Shown here piece by piece: positions 35,410-43,293 of a stretch of 64,000 nucleotides of DNA (the stretch's first letter is position 1; each line of letters opens with the position of its first letter). Both the position numbers and the translations under genes were made by a program. The notes beneath the pieces were generated by a model that had not been told where the DNA came from, did not search any database, and was given only the letters and a program-made list of their open reading frames with translations. The DNA comes from Candidatus Limnocylindria bacterium (GTDB lineage Bacteria; Chloroflexota; Limnocylindria; P2-11E): assembly GCA_050692175.1 (NCBI GenBank), contig JBOGTG010000034.1, positions 965-64,964 on the forward strand, given 5' to 3'.

Positions 35410-36935
35410 TTAAAGGCCACCACCATGAACGACGGGTCCGTGGCGAGGCGGATGACCCGCTCGAGGGAAGGCTCGATGTATGCGATGAAGGGCTGCGGCA
35501 GGACCCCGAACAGCACCGTGAGGAGCAGGAGTGGCAACGCGCAGGCCACCTCCAGGCGTGACAGATCGGGCAACGCCCGATACGCCTCGCGCACCGGTCC
35601 GTACATGACGCGCTGGAACATCCAGAGCAGGTAGACGGCGGCGAGGATCACGCCGATCGCGGCGAGCGGGCCCCAGAAAAGGCCGCCGAGCGGCGCCGCG
35701 CCCGAGAAGGCAAACGTCCCAAGAAGGACCAGGAACTCGCCGACGAAACCGCTGAGGCCCGGTAACCCGAGCGACGCCAGCACGAACACGCCGAAGAACG
35801 TCGTGAAGACCGGCCACATGTTCGCGAGACCGCCGAGGTCCGCGATCATGCGCCGATGTGTCTTCTCGTATTGGATGCCGACAAGAAGGAAGAGCGCGCC
35901 CGTGACGAAGCCGTGGTTGACCATTTGCAGCACCGCGCCGACTCCGCCTTGGACGTTGAGCACGAAGATGCCCAGGGTCACGAAGCCCATGTGCGCCACC
36001 GACGAGTAGGCAACGAGTTTTTTCAGGTCCTTCTGCACCGCGGAGACGATCGCTCCGTAGAGGATGGCGACGACCGAGAGGAAAATCAGGACCGGTAGCC
36101 AGGCCTGAACCCCGACCGGGAAGAGCGGCAGCCCGAAGCGGAGGAAGCCGTAGCCGCCCGCCTTCAGGAGAACCCCGGCGAGAACGATCGAGCCGGCCGT
36201 CGGCGCCTCGACGTGCGCGTCCGGGAGCCAGGTGTGGAACGGGATCATCGGCATCTTGATCGCGAAGGCGAGAGCGAAGGCCAGGAATACCCAGAACTGG
36301 AAGTCCGCCGGAAAACGCGTTCGCAGCTCGATGAGCTCCGGAAGCGACAGGGTCCGAGAGCCGCTTGGATCGGCCGACTGGATGTAGACGGCGACGATGC
36401 CGACGAGCATGAGGAGCGAGCCGGCGAGCGTGAAGAGCACGAACTTGAGCGTGGAGTAGATCCGCCGCGGGCCGCCCCAAATGCCGATGATGAGGTACAT
36501 CGGCACGAGCATCAGCTCGAAGAAGATGTAGAAGAGGAAAAGGTCGAGCGCGATGAAGACGCCGACCATTCCGACCTCGAGGAGGAGGAACGCGGTCATG
36601 TACTCGACGATCCGGGTCTTGATCGCGCCGCCGCTCGAATACAGGACCGCGACGAATGTGAGCAGCGTCGTCATCGGCACCAGAAGAACGGAGATGCCGT
36701 CGACTCCGACGAGGTAGCTGATGCCGAGGCTCGGGAGCCACTCGACGTTCTCGACCAGCTGGAAGCCGGGTTCCCCCACAACGAATTGCGTGAGCATCCA
36801 GAGCGACGCCAGGAGCTCGACGAAGGTCGTTGTGATCGCCACCTGCTTTGCGGCGCGCTCGTCGCGGCGAAAGAGGAAGAGCGGGACCAGACCCGCGAGC
36901 GGGATCACCACGAGCAGCGAGAGCACGTTGGTCAT
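35406..36935 (-). CDS. nuoM: NADH-quinone oxidoreductase subunit M
   Basis: 509 aa from MTNVLSLLVVIPL. The ATG overlaps the nuoL stop. Contains the HTWLPDAHVEAPT motif. Confidence 0.92.
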   Translation of the reverse strand: MTNVLSLLVVIPLAGLVPLFLFRRDERAAKQVAITTTFVELLASLWMLTQFVVGEPGFQLVENVEWLPSLGISYLVGVDGISVLLVPMTTLLTFVAVLYSSGGAIKTRIVEYMTAFLLLEVGMVGVFIALDLFLFYIFFELMLVPMYLIIGIWGGPRRIYSTLKFVLFTLAGSLLMLVGIVAVYIQSADPSGSRTLSLPELIELRTRFPADFQFWVFLAFALAFAIKMPMIPFHTWLPDAHVEAPTAGSIVLAGVLLKAGGYGFLRFGLPLFPVGVQAWLPVLIFLSVVAILYGAIVSAVQKDLKKLVAYSSVAHMGFVTLGIFVLNVQGGVGAVLQMVNHGFVTGALFLLVGIQYEKTHRRMIADLGGLANMWPVFTTFFGVFVLASLGLPGLSGFVGEFLVLLGTFAFSGAAPLGGLFWGPLAAIGVILAAVYLLWMFQRVMYGPVREAYRALPDLSRLEVACALPLLLLTVLFGVLPQPFIAYIEPSLERVIRLATDPSFMVVAFK

Positions 36936-38836
36936 CGGCCGAGGATCCCGGTGGCGTAGCCGCCGTACGCCACGAGCATCAGGAGAAGCCCCGCCACGAT
37001 CGTGAGCGCGTAATTGCCGACGATGCCGGTCTGCACGCGGCGCAGGCCCTGGCCACCCATCGCGAGCGCCCATCCGAGACGGTTCGCGAGGCCGTCGATG
37101 ATGTGGATATCGAAGGCCCACGACGCGCCCGCGAATGCGCGGGCCGCCTCGACGAAGCGGTGATCGTAGAGCTCGTCGACGTAGTACTTGTTCACGAGGA
37201 CCCGATAGACCGGGCCAGCGGCACGGGTGAGGGCCGCGGGATCCGGACGGTGGCGCACATACATCGAGATCCCCACCGCGATGCCGACGACGCCGGCGAC
37301 CACGGACGCGGCCGAGAGGACGAGGATCGTAATGAGCTCTGGCGCGTGGTCGCCGCCCTCATGCTCGAGGACGGGACCGAGGAAGTGGTGGATGAACCCC
37401 TGCTCCGGCGGGGACCCGACCGCGATGCCGAGGACCGCGCTTCCGGCCGCGAGCGCGACGAGCGGCACGACCATCACCTGCGGCGACTCGTGGGCGTGGT
37501 CGTACAGATGAGGGTCTCGCGGCTCGCCGTAGAAGGTCATCCAGAGCGCCCGCGTCACGTAGAAGGCGGTGAGCACGGCTGTGATGATCCCGACGGTCCA
37601 CAGAAGAAGGTGACCGCCCAGGAAGGCCGCCGCGAGGATCTCGTCCTTCGACCAGAAGCCCGCGAGCGGCGGCAGCGCGGCGAGGGCGCCGCCCGCGATC
37701 AGCATCGTCCAGAACGTCACCGGCATCTTGCGGCGCAGGCCGCCCATCTTTCGCATGTCCTGCTCGCCGCCGAGGCCGTGTATCACCGAGCCTGATCCGA
37801 GGAAGAGGAGCGCCTTGAAGAAGGCGTGCGTGGCAAGGTGGAAGATGGCGGCAACGGGGGCGCCGACCCCGAGCGCGAGGAACATGTAGCCGAGCTGGCT
37901 GACCGTCGAGTACGCCATCACGCGCTTGATGTCGAACTGCACGAGCGCGATGGTGGCCGCGAAGATCGCTGTGATCGCGCCCACCACGCCCACGACCTGC
38001 AAGGACGGCCCCGCGGCCTCGAAGAGCGGCATGGACCTGGCGACCAGATACACACCCGAGGTGACCATTGTCGCCGCGTGGATGAGTGCCGAGACGGGCG
38101 TCGGGCCCTCCATCGCGTCGGGAAGCCACGAGTAGAGCGGGAGCTGCGCCGATTTTCCGGTGGCACCGAAGAAAAGCGCGATGCAGATGAGGGTGAGGAC
38201 GCCCTGCGCCGGCGCGCTCTCCTCCAGACGATGGAACACGTCGACAAAGTTCATCGACCCGAACACGAGGAAGATCGTGATGATCCCGATCGTGTAGCCC
38301 CAGTCGCCGATGCGGTTCATCACGAAGGCCTTCTTCGCTGCGAAGTACGGCGCGGGCCGCTCGAACCAGAACCCGATGAGGAGGTAGCTGCAGAGCCCGA
38401 CCCCTTCCCAGCCCACGAACATGAGGAGGTAGTTGTCGGCCATGACGAGGATCAACATCGCGAAGACGAACAGCGAGAGCCAGGCGAAGAACCGATAGAA
38501 GCCGGCGTCGTGCGCCATGTAGCCGTTCGAATAGACGAAGATCAGGAACGAGACGACGGTGACCACGAGAAGCATCACCGACGAGAGCGGGTCAACAAGC
38601 GCTGCGACGTTGACGGAGAAGTCCCCGACCGCGATCCATCGGTAGAGGGCGACGACGGTCTGCGTCTTTCCGCCGAGTACCTCGAGGAAGACGCCGATCG
38701 AGAGGAGTGCCGAGAGACCGACGGCGGCCGACGCGATGACTCCGGCCCAACGTCCGAGCCAGCGTCGGCCGAAGAGCCCGTTGACGAGGAACGCGGCGAG
38801 CGGGAACGCAGGGATGAGCCAGACGAGAGAGATCAC
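36932..38836 (-). CDS. nuoL: NADH-quinone oxidoreductase subunit L
   Basis: 634 aa. Contains WLPDAMEGPTPVSALIHAATMV and a long C-terminal lateral-helix region. Confidence 0.93.
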   Translation of the reverse strand: MISLVWLIPAFPLAAFLVNGLFGRRWLGRWAGVIASAAVGLSALLSIGVFLEVLGGKTQTVVALYRWIAVGDFSVNVAALVDPLSSVMLLVVTVVSFLIFVYSNGYMAHDAGFYRFFAWLSLFVFAMLILVMADNYLLMFVGWEGVGLCSYLLIGFWFERPAPYFAAKKAFVMNRIGDWGYTIGIITIFLVFGSMNFVDVFHRLEESAPAQGVLTLICIALFFGATGKSAQLPLYSWLPDAMEGPTPVSALIHAATMVTSGVYLVARSMPLFEAAGPSLQVVGVVGAITAIFAATIALVQFDIKRVMAYSTVSQLGYMFLALGVGAPVAAIFHLATHAFFKALLFLGSGSVIHGLGGEQDMRKMGGLRRKMPVTFWTMLIAGGALAALPPLAGFWSKDEILAAAFLGGHLLLWTVGIITAVLTAFYVTRALWMTFYGEPRDPHLYDHAHESPQVMVVPLVALAAGSAVLGIAVGSPPEQGFIHHFLGPVLEHEGGDHAPELITILVLSAASVVAGVVGIAVGISMYVRHRPDPAALTRAAGPVYRVLVNKYYVDELYDHRFVEAARAFAGASWAFDIHIIDGLANRLGWALAMGGQGLRRVQTGIVGNYALTIVAGLLLMLVAYGGYATGILGR

Positions 38837-38840
38837 CTCG

Positions 38841-39152
38841 TCATCCCTTCATCTGATGGATCTCGTCGACGTTGACCTCTGGCCGGTTGCGATACGCCGA
38901 GAGGATGATCGCGAGGCCGACCGCGACCTCGGCCGCGGCGATGACGAACACGAAGACCACGAAGACGCTGCCCCGCTCGTCGATCGATCCGTACTTCCGC
39001 GAGAAGGCGACGAGCGCGAGGTTCGCCGCATTGAGCATGAGCTCGACGCACATCAGGATGACGACTGCATTACGCCTAGTGAGTACGCCGGCACAGCCGA
39101 TGAAGAACAGCACCGCGGACACCGCGACGTACGCCCCGAGCGGGACGGTCAT
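38841..39152 (-). CDS. nuoK: NADH-quinone oxidoreductase subunit K
   Basis: 103 aa. Contains LMCVELMLNAANL...AAAEVAVGLAI. Confidence 0.93.
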   Translation of the reverse strand: MTVPLGAYVAVSAVLFFIGCAGVLTRRNAVVILMCVELMLNAANLALVAFSRKYGSIDERGSVFVVFVFVIAAAEVAVGLAIILSAYRNRPEVNVDEIHQMKG

Positions 39153-39676
39153 CGGCGGCGCCTCATCGCGGCCTCTTCCGGGTCGTCGCGCCTCGTCAGC
39201 ACGATCGCGCCGACCATAGCCGCGAGCAGCAACACCGACGCGATCTCGAACGGGAACGCGAAGTCGGTGAAGAGGCTCGTGGCGAGCGCCGGCAGGTCGC
39301 TGCCCCCCGGCCTGGGCGGCGCGCTCGTGAACGTGAACGCGAAGAGGGCCACGGGGATCGCGACCGCGGCGACGAGCACCGCCGCGAGCGGCGTCTGCCG
39401 CTGGAAGAAGAGCGCGCGCGGGCGATCGCTGAACTTCGTGAACATGACGCCGTAGAGGATCAGCACCGTGATCGCACCGACGTAGATGAGCACCTGGAAA
39501 GCCGCGATCGTCTCCGCGCCGAGCAATACGAACATCCCGGCCATGCAGAGGAACGTGAAGGCCATGAGCAGGGCGGCCGCCGTGATCCGATTGAGCAGCA
39601 CGACCGCCGCGCCGCCAGCGATCACGCCGATCGACAGAAGGGCGAAGAGGACCGGCTCGACGAAGTCGAACGTCAC
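39149..39676 (-). CDS. nuoJ: NADH-quinone oxidoreductase subunit J
   Basis: 175 aa from GTG 39676, preceded by GAGG. Contains FQVLIYVGAITVL. The longer track ORF would overlap nuoH. Confidence 0.85.
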   Translation of the reverse strand: MTFDFVEPVLFALLSIGVIAGGAAVVLLNRITAAALLMAFTFLCMAGMFVLLGAETIAAFQVLIYVGAITVLILYGVMFTKFSDRPRALFFQRQTPLAAVLVAAVAIPVALFAFTFTSAPPRPGGSDLPALATSLFTDFAFPFEIASVLLLAAMVGAIVLTRRDDPEEAAMRRRR

Positions 39677-39683
39677 CTCGTCG

Positions 39684-40835
39684 TCAGCTGACCGCGCGGA
39701 CCGCCGGTGCCGCCGACGCGCGGGCTCGCGCACGAAGGGTCGCAAGACGTCGGCGTTGGACGAACGGGATGCCCGCGATGAAGACGATCACGAGAATCCA
39801 GTTCGCGACCGCGATCGGAACCATCGAGTTCGGGAACGCGAGCGCCAGGGTCGCGACGGTGACGATGTTCACGAGCGCCATCGGGATGAGGCCCTTCCAG
39901 CAGAAGCTCATCAGCTGGTCGATGCGCAGCCGCGGCAGGGTCGCGCGGATCCACATCATCAAGACGATGAACGCATAGACCTTCAGGGTGAACCAGAGGA
40001 CGCCGAGCAGCGGGATCGCGTCGACGCCCGGACCCTGCCAGCCGCCGAACCAGAGCGTGGTGATGATCGCGCAGACGACGGTCACGTTCCCGTACTCGGA
40101 CAGCGCGAGCATGGTGCCCCAGCGCATACCCGAGTACTCGGTGAGCCAGCCGGCCACGAGCTCGGATTCCGCCTCGGGGAGGTCGAACGGCGTGCGGTTT
40201 GTCTCGGCGAGCGCCGAGATGAAGTAGAGGAGGAACGAGAACGGCAGGATCAGCACGTTGACGAACGGGCCGGCCTGCGAACGCGTGATGTCGACCATCG
40301 ACAGCGACCCCACGACGAGCGCAACGGACACGAGTGCGAGGATCTGTGGGATCTCGTATGAGATGAGCTGACCTGCCGAGCGGAGCCCGCCGACCAGCGC
40401 GTACTTGTTGTTCGACGCCCACCCCGCGATGACGATGCCGAGTACGGTCATGGATCCGAGCGTGGTGAGGTAGAGGAGCCCGATGCTGAGATCGGTGCCA
40501 ACGATGTCCTGCGCGAACGGCAGCACGACCCACGACGCGAGCATCGGGCAGAACACGAGCGCCGGGGCCGCGACGAAGAACCAGCCGTCGGTCGCCGCCG
40601 CGCGCACGTCCTCCTTCGAGATGAGCTTCAGCGCGTCCGCGAAGGTCTGAAGGAGGCCAAGAGGTCCGACGTGATACGGGCCGAGGCGATCCTGAATGAT
40701 CGCCTGGATCTTGCGCTCGAGATAGATCTGAAGGAGCGCACCGTTCAGGACGAGGAAGAGCGCGAGCCCCACCGCGATGACCAGGCGGAGGGGCGCCCAG
40801 ATGACCGGATCGATGCCGAAAGGACCGACTGGCAT
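39684..40835 (-). CDS. nuoH: NADH-quinone oxidoreductase subunit H
   Basis: 383 aa. Contains ERKIQAIIQDRLGPYHVGPLGLLQTFADALKL and AETNRTPFDLPEAESELVAG. Confidence 0.93.
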   Translation of the reverse strand: MPVGPFGIDPVIWAPLRLVIAVGLALFLVLNGALLQIYLERKIQAIIQDRLGPYHVGPLGLLQTFADALKLISKEDVRAAATDGWFFVAAPALVFCPMLASWVVLPFAQDIVGTDLSIGLLYLTTLGSMTVLGIVIAGWASNNKYALVGGLRSAGQLISYEIPQILALVSVALVVGSLSMVDITRSQAGPFVNVLILPFSFLLYFISALAETNRTPFDLPEAESELVAGWLTEYSGMRWGTMLALSEYGNVTVVCAIITTLWFGGWQGPGVDAIPLLGVLWFTLKVYAFIVLMMWIRATLPRLRIDQLMSFCWKGLIPMALVNIVTVATLALAFPNSMVPIAVANWILVIVFIAGIPFVQRRRLATLRARARASAAPAVRAVS

Positions 40836-40840
40836 CGCTA

Positions 40841-40982
40841 CCGTCGCTCAATCTCGGGCTTCGCCCGAGAGGCGCTCACGTTCCTATCCACCTCGATCTC
40901 GGGCTTCGCCCGAGACACGCTCAGGGCTGATCGTGCTCGGTCCTCGCCGCAAAGCGACTCGTCGCTCATGTTCTTATCCACC
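40841..40982 (-). repeat. Intergenic hairpin-bearing repeats at the nuoC/nuoH junction: hairpin-only copy B2 and full copy B1, flanked by 13-nt direct repeats
   Basis: B2 spans 40841..40879 (hairpin 40853..40869). B1 spans 40893..40969 (hairpin 40898..40914, CTCGGGC-TTC-GCCCGAG). Direct repeats gttcctatccacc (40880..40892) and gttcttatccacc (40970..40982) duplicate the nuoC 3' end. Confidence 0.6.
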
Positions 40983-41462
40983 GCGCGCGTCGCTGCGCGG
41001 TGGCAGGAATGTCTTTCGAAGAGGATGTCCGGGGAAGCTCTCTTCGAGGAAGATCCGGCGCAGGTCGGGATGTCCGTCGAACTCGATGCCGAACATGTCG
41101 TACGTCTCGCGCTCGCACCAGTTCGCGCCCTCCCATACGGCGACGAGCGTGGGAATGTGCGGGTCGAGCTCGGTGCATGAGGTGCGCAGCATCACCGAGA
41201 CCTTCGTGCCGGTACCGCGAACGAACGTCACCGAACGGAGCTCCGCACCCGTGTCCACGCCGGCGTTGACGGAATAGAGATCGCAGCGAGTGCGTGGGTC
41301 ATCGCGAACGAACGTCGCGACCTCGACCAGTCGGTCGCGATCGACATCGAGCACGAGCATGTCGTGAAGCGTCGAGACGCGAGCCTTCTCACCGAGCCGC
41401 GAAGCTGCGTACGAGCGAAGGTCGGCGAGATCGACGCTCGGGCGCGGCGCGCTTAGTACCAA
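40974..41462 (-). CDS. nuoC: NADH-quinone oxidoreductase subunit C (30-kDa subunit)
   Basis: About 162 aa. Contains WEGANWCERETYDMFGIEFDGHPDLRRI. The start was placed at TTG 41462, overlapping the nuoA end; the longer track ORF runs antisense-like through nuoA. Confidence 0.85.
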   Translation of the reverse strand: MVLSAPRPSVDLADLRSYAASRLGEKARVSTLHDMLVLDVDRDRLVEVATFVRDDPRTRCDLYSVNAGVDTGAELRSVTFVRGTGTKVSVMLRTSCTELDPHIPTLVAVWEGANWCERETYDMFGIEFDGHPDLRRIFLEESFPGHPLRKTFLPPRSDARGG

Positions 41463-41818
41463 TTGAGAGCGTCCTTCTTCCACGCGTAGTAGAGGCCAAC
41501 GACGAGGATGCCGATGAAGACAATCACCTCGACCAGACCGACGACCCCGAGCGAGCGGAAGAGCACCGCCCAGGGGAAAAGGAAGATCACTTCGACGTCG
41601 AACACGACGAAGAGCAACGCGAATATGTAGAAGTGCGTCGGATATCGGCCCCACGCCTGGCCGATCGGCTCCTCTCCCGACTCGTAGGTGCGGAGCTTTT
41701 CTTTCGTCGCCTTGCGCGGAGCGACGAGGCGAGCGAGCGTCAGCAGGATAGTTACGAAGATCGCCCCGACCACGAAGAACGCAAAGACGTAAACGTACGA
41801 AAGGCTGTAGTCGGGCAC
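41453..41818 (-). CDS. nuoA: NADH-quinone oxidoreductase subunit A
   Basis: 121 aa. Contains YESGEEPIG...FDVEVIFLFPWA. Confidence 0.9.
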   Translation of the reverse strand: MPDYSLSYVYVFAFFVVGAIFVTILLTLARLVAPRKATKEKLRTYESGEEPIGQAWGRYPTHFYIFALLFVVFDVEVIFLFPWAVLFRSLGVVGLVEVIVFIGILVVGLYYAWKKDALNWY

Positions 41819-42056
41819 CGAAAGAAGCCTACGTAGGGGTACTCATGCGAGCAAACCGGCACCGACACCGGATCTCCACCAGGGCCTCGCTTGGTGGTAC
41901 CCCGTTGCACGGTTGACACATCTGTTGGGCCGGGGTTACGGTGCATCCCTCCCAACGCGGTCAGTACGCAATTCGTACATGCCCGGTGGCGGGAGATCGA
42001 CCAAGTGAGGTCGATGTGGTGAGAACGGGGAACGAACTGACATAGATCGGCAGAAT

Positions 42057-43217
42057 GTGGCCGCATTTAGACAGTTGGGAGGAACGCCAGGGTTGGGACA
42101 GCAGAGCCGGCGATCTCAGGCCACGCCTAACCCGAGACGGATCCTTCAGCGTCACGCTCGACTTCTTTCTCTCGGAGTCGGCGCGTTTGGTGCGCGGGCA
42201 CGACACCTCTCGTACGTCGCGCTCGAGGGAAGCAGCAGCTATCTCGCCGGTCTCGTCGGAATCCGTGGCCTCCGTCTCGTCCTCAACACTTCCGTCGCGG
42301 TGCTCGTTCTGTCGCTCCCGTTCGCCGCGACAGCCGCGTCGCGTGCGAACACCTCCGCTCCTCTGACGGCCGCGGCGGCGAGCACGATCACCACGGACGC
42401 TTCGCGCGCGCAGCCGAACGCGCGCGGCGGTGCCATCGGCGGAAGCCGAAATCCGTTGACGGTCGCCGCCGAAGGCGCGCGGCCCGCCCAGGAAGTCACG
42501 ATCAACGAGGGCGACACGCTCGCGACGATGGCGAACTACTACGACGTGTCCGTCGAGGCGATCGCCTTCGCCAATGGCCTGAGCGACGCGCACTCGCTGC
42601 AGCTCGGTCAGAAGCTCGTGATACCGCCGGCTGAAGGCGCTCTCTACACCGTGAAGAACGGGGAGACGGTCGACGCGATCGCAAGCCACTTCAAGGTCGA
42701 CCCCTCGGTCATCCTCACCTACAACCGCTGCCACTTCGAGCCCGAGCAGTGCGCGGTGGGCCAAACGATCTTCGTGCGCGGGGCCGAGCTCCCAGCGCTC
42801 ATCGAGCCTGAGCGTCCCGCTCGCGACGTATTCGCCGCTGCGCCCCAGGTCGCCCAGCAGGAGCGAAACGGTCGTCTTTCATGGCCGGCCGGGGGCGTGA
42901 TCACGCAGTACTTCTGGTGGGGTCACACGGGCGTCGACCTCGCGGCGCCGTACGGCACCGGCCTCGGCGCGGGCGACGACGGCGTCGTGACGGCAACGGG
43001 CTGGGTCCCGGTCGGCGGCCTGCGGGTGTGCGTGCAGCACTCCGGCGACCTGAGTGTCTGCTACTACCACACCAATGCCGTCTACGTCAGCGTCGGTCAG
43101 CAGGTAGCCCGCGGTCAGATCATCGCCGCGATCGGGCTCTCCGGCATTACTACGGGGCCGCACGTCCACTGGGAGTGCAAGGTCGGTAGCCAGTTCGTGA
43201 GCTGTCTCAGCCAGTAG
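42057..43217 (+). CDS. Secreted cell-wall hydrolase: two LysM domains plus an M23 peptidase domain (start uncertain, possibly GTG 42300)
   Basis: LysM repeats: TINEGDTLATMANYYDV... and YTVKNGETVDAIASHF... M23 motifs: GHTGVDLAAP and GPHVHWE. The first roughly 80 codons of the track ORF have poor codon usage. Confidence 0.8.
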   Translation: MAAFRQLGGTPGLGQQSRRSQATPNPRRILQRHARLLSLGVGAFGARARHLSYVALEGSSSYLAGLVGIRGLRLVLNTSVAVLVLSLPFAATAASRANTSAPLTAAAASTITTDASRAQPNARGGAIGGSRNPLTVAAEGARPAQEVTINEGDTLATMANYYDVSVEAIAFANGLSDAHSLQLGQKLVIPPAEGALYTVKNGETVDAIASHFKVDPSVILTYNRCHFEPEQCAVGQTIFVRGAELPALIEPERPARDVFAAAPQVAQQERNGRLSWPAGGVITQYFWWGHTGVDLAAPYGTGLGAGDDGVVTATGWVPVGGLRVCVQHSGDLSVCYYHTNAVYVSVGQQVARGQIIAAIGLSGITTGPHVHWECKVGSQFVSCLSQ

Positions 43218-43293
43218 CCGGCTAACCGCGGTAGGCCCCAGAAAGGGCGCCCTACGCGAAGCGACGCTCCTCGCTCGACCTATCCTCCGAGTC

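Noticed and set aside
40838-40969. 43-codon ORF (MSDESLCGEDRARSALSVSRAKPEIEVDRNVSASRAKPEIERR) that exactly fills the nuoC-nuoH spacer.
   Set aside because: It is composed entirely of the repeat element. The copy at 6072..6147 has a 1-nt indel that breaks the same frame, and the hairpin shows a compensatory base change. A DNA/RNA element therefore seems more likely than a conserved peptide. This is not fully excluded.
40880-40982. GGTGGATAA and GGTGGATAG, which resemble the E. coli-type DnaA box (TGTGGATAA).
   Set aside because: They are the last codons of nuoC and its duplicated copy flanking the repeat insertion. The resemblance is most simply coincidental.
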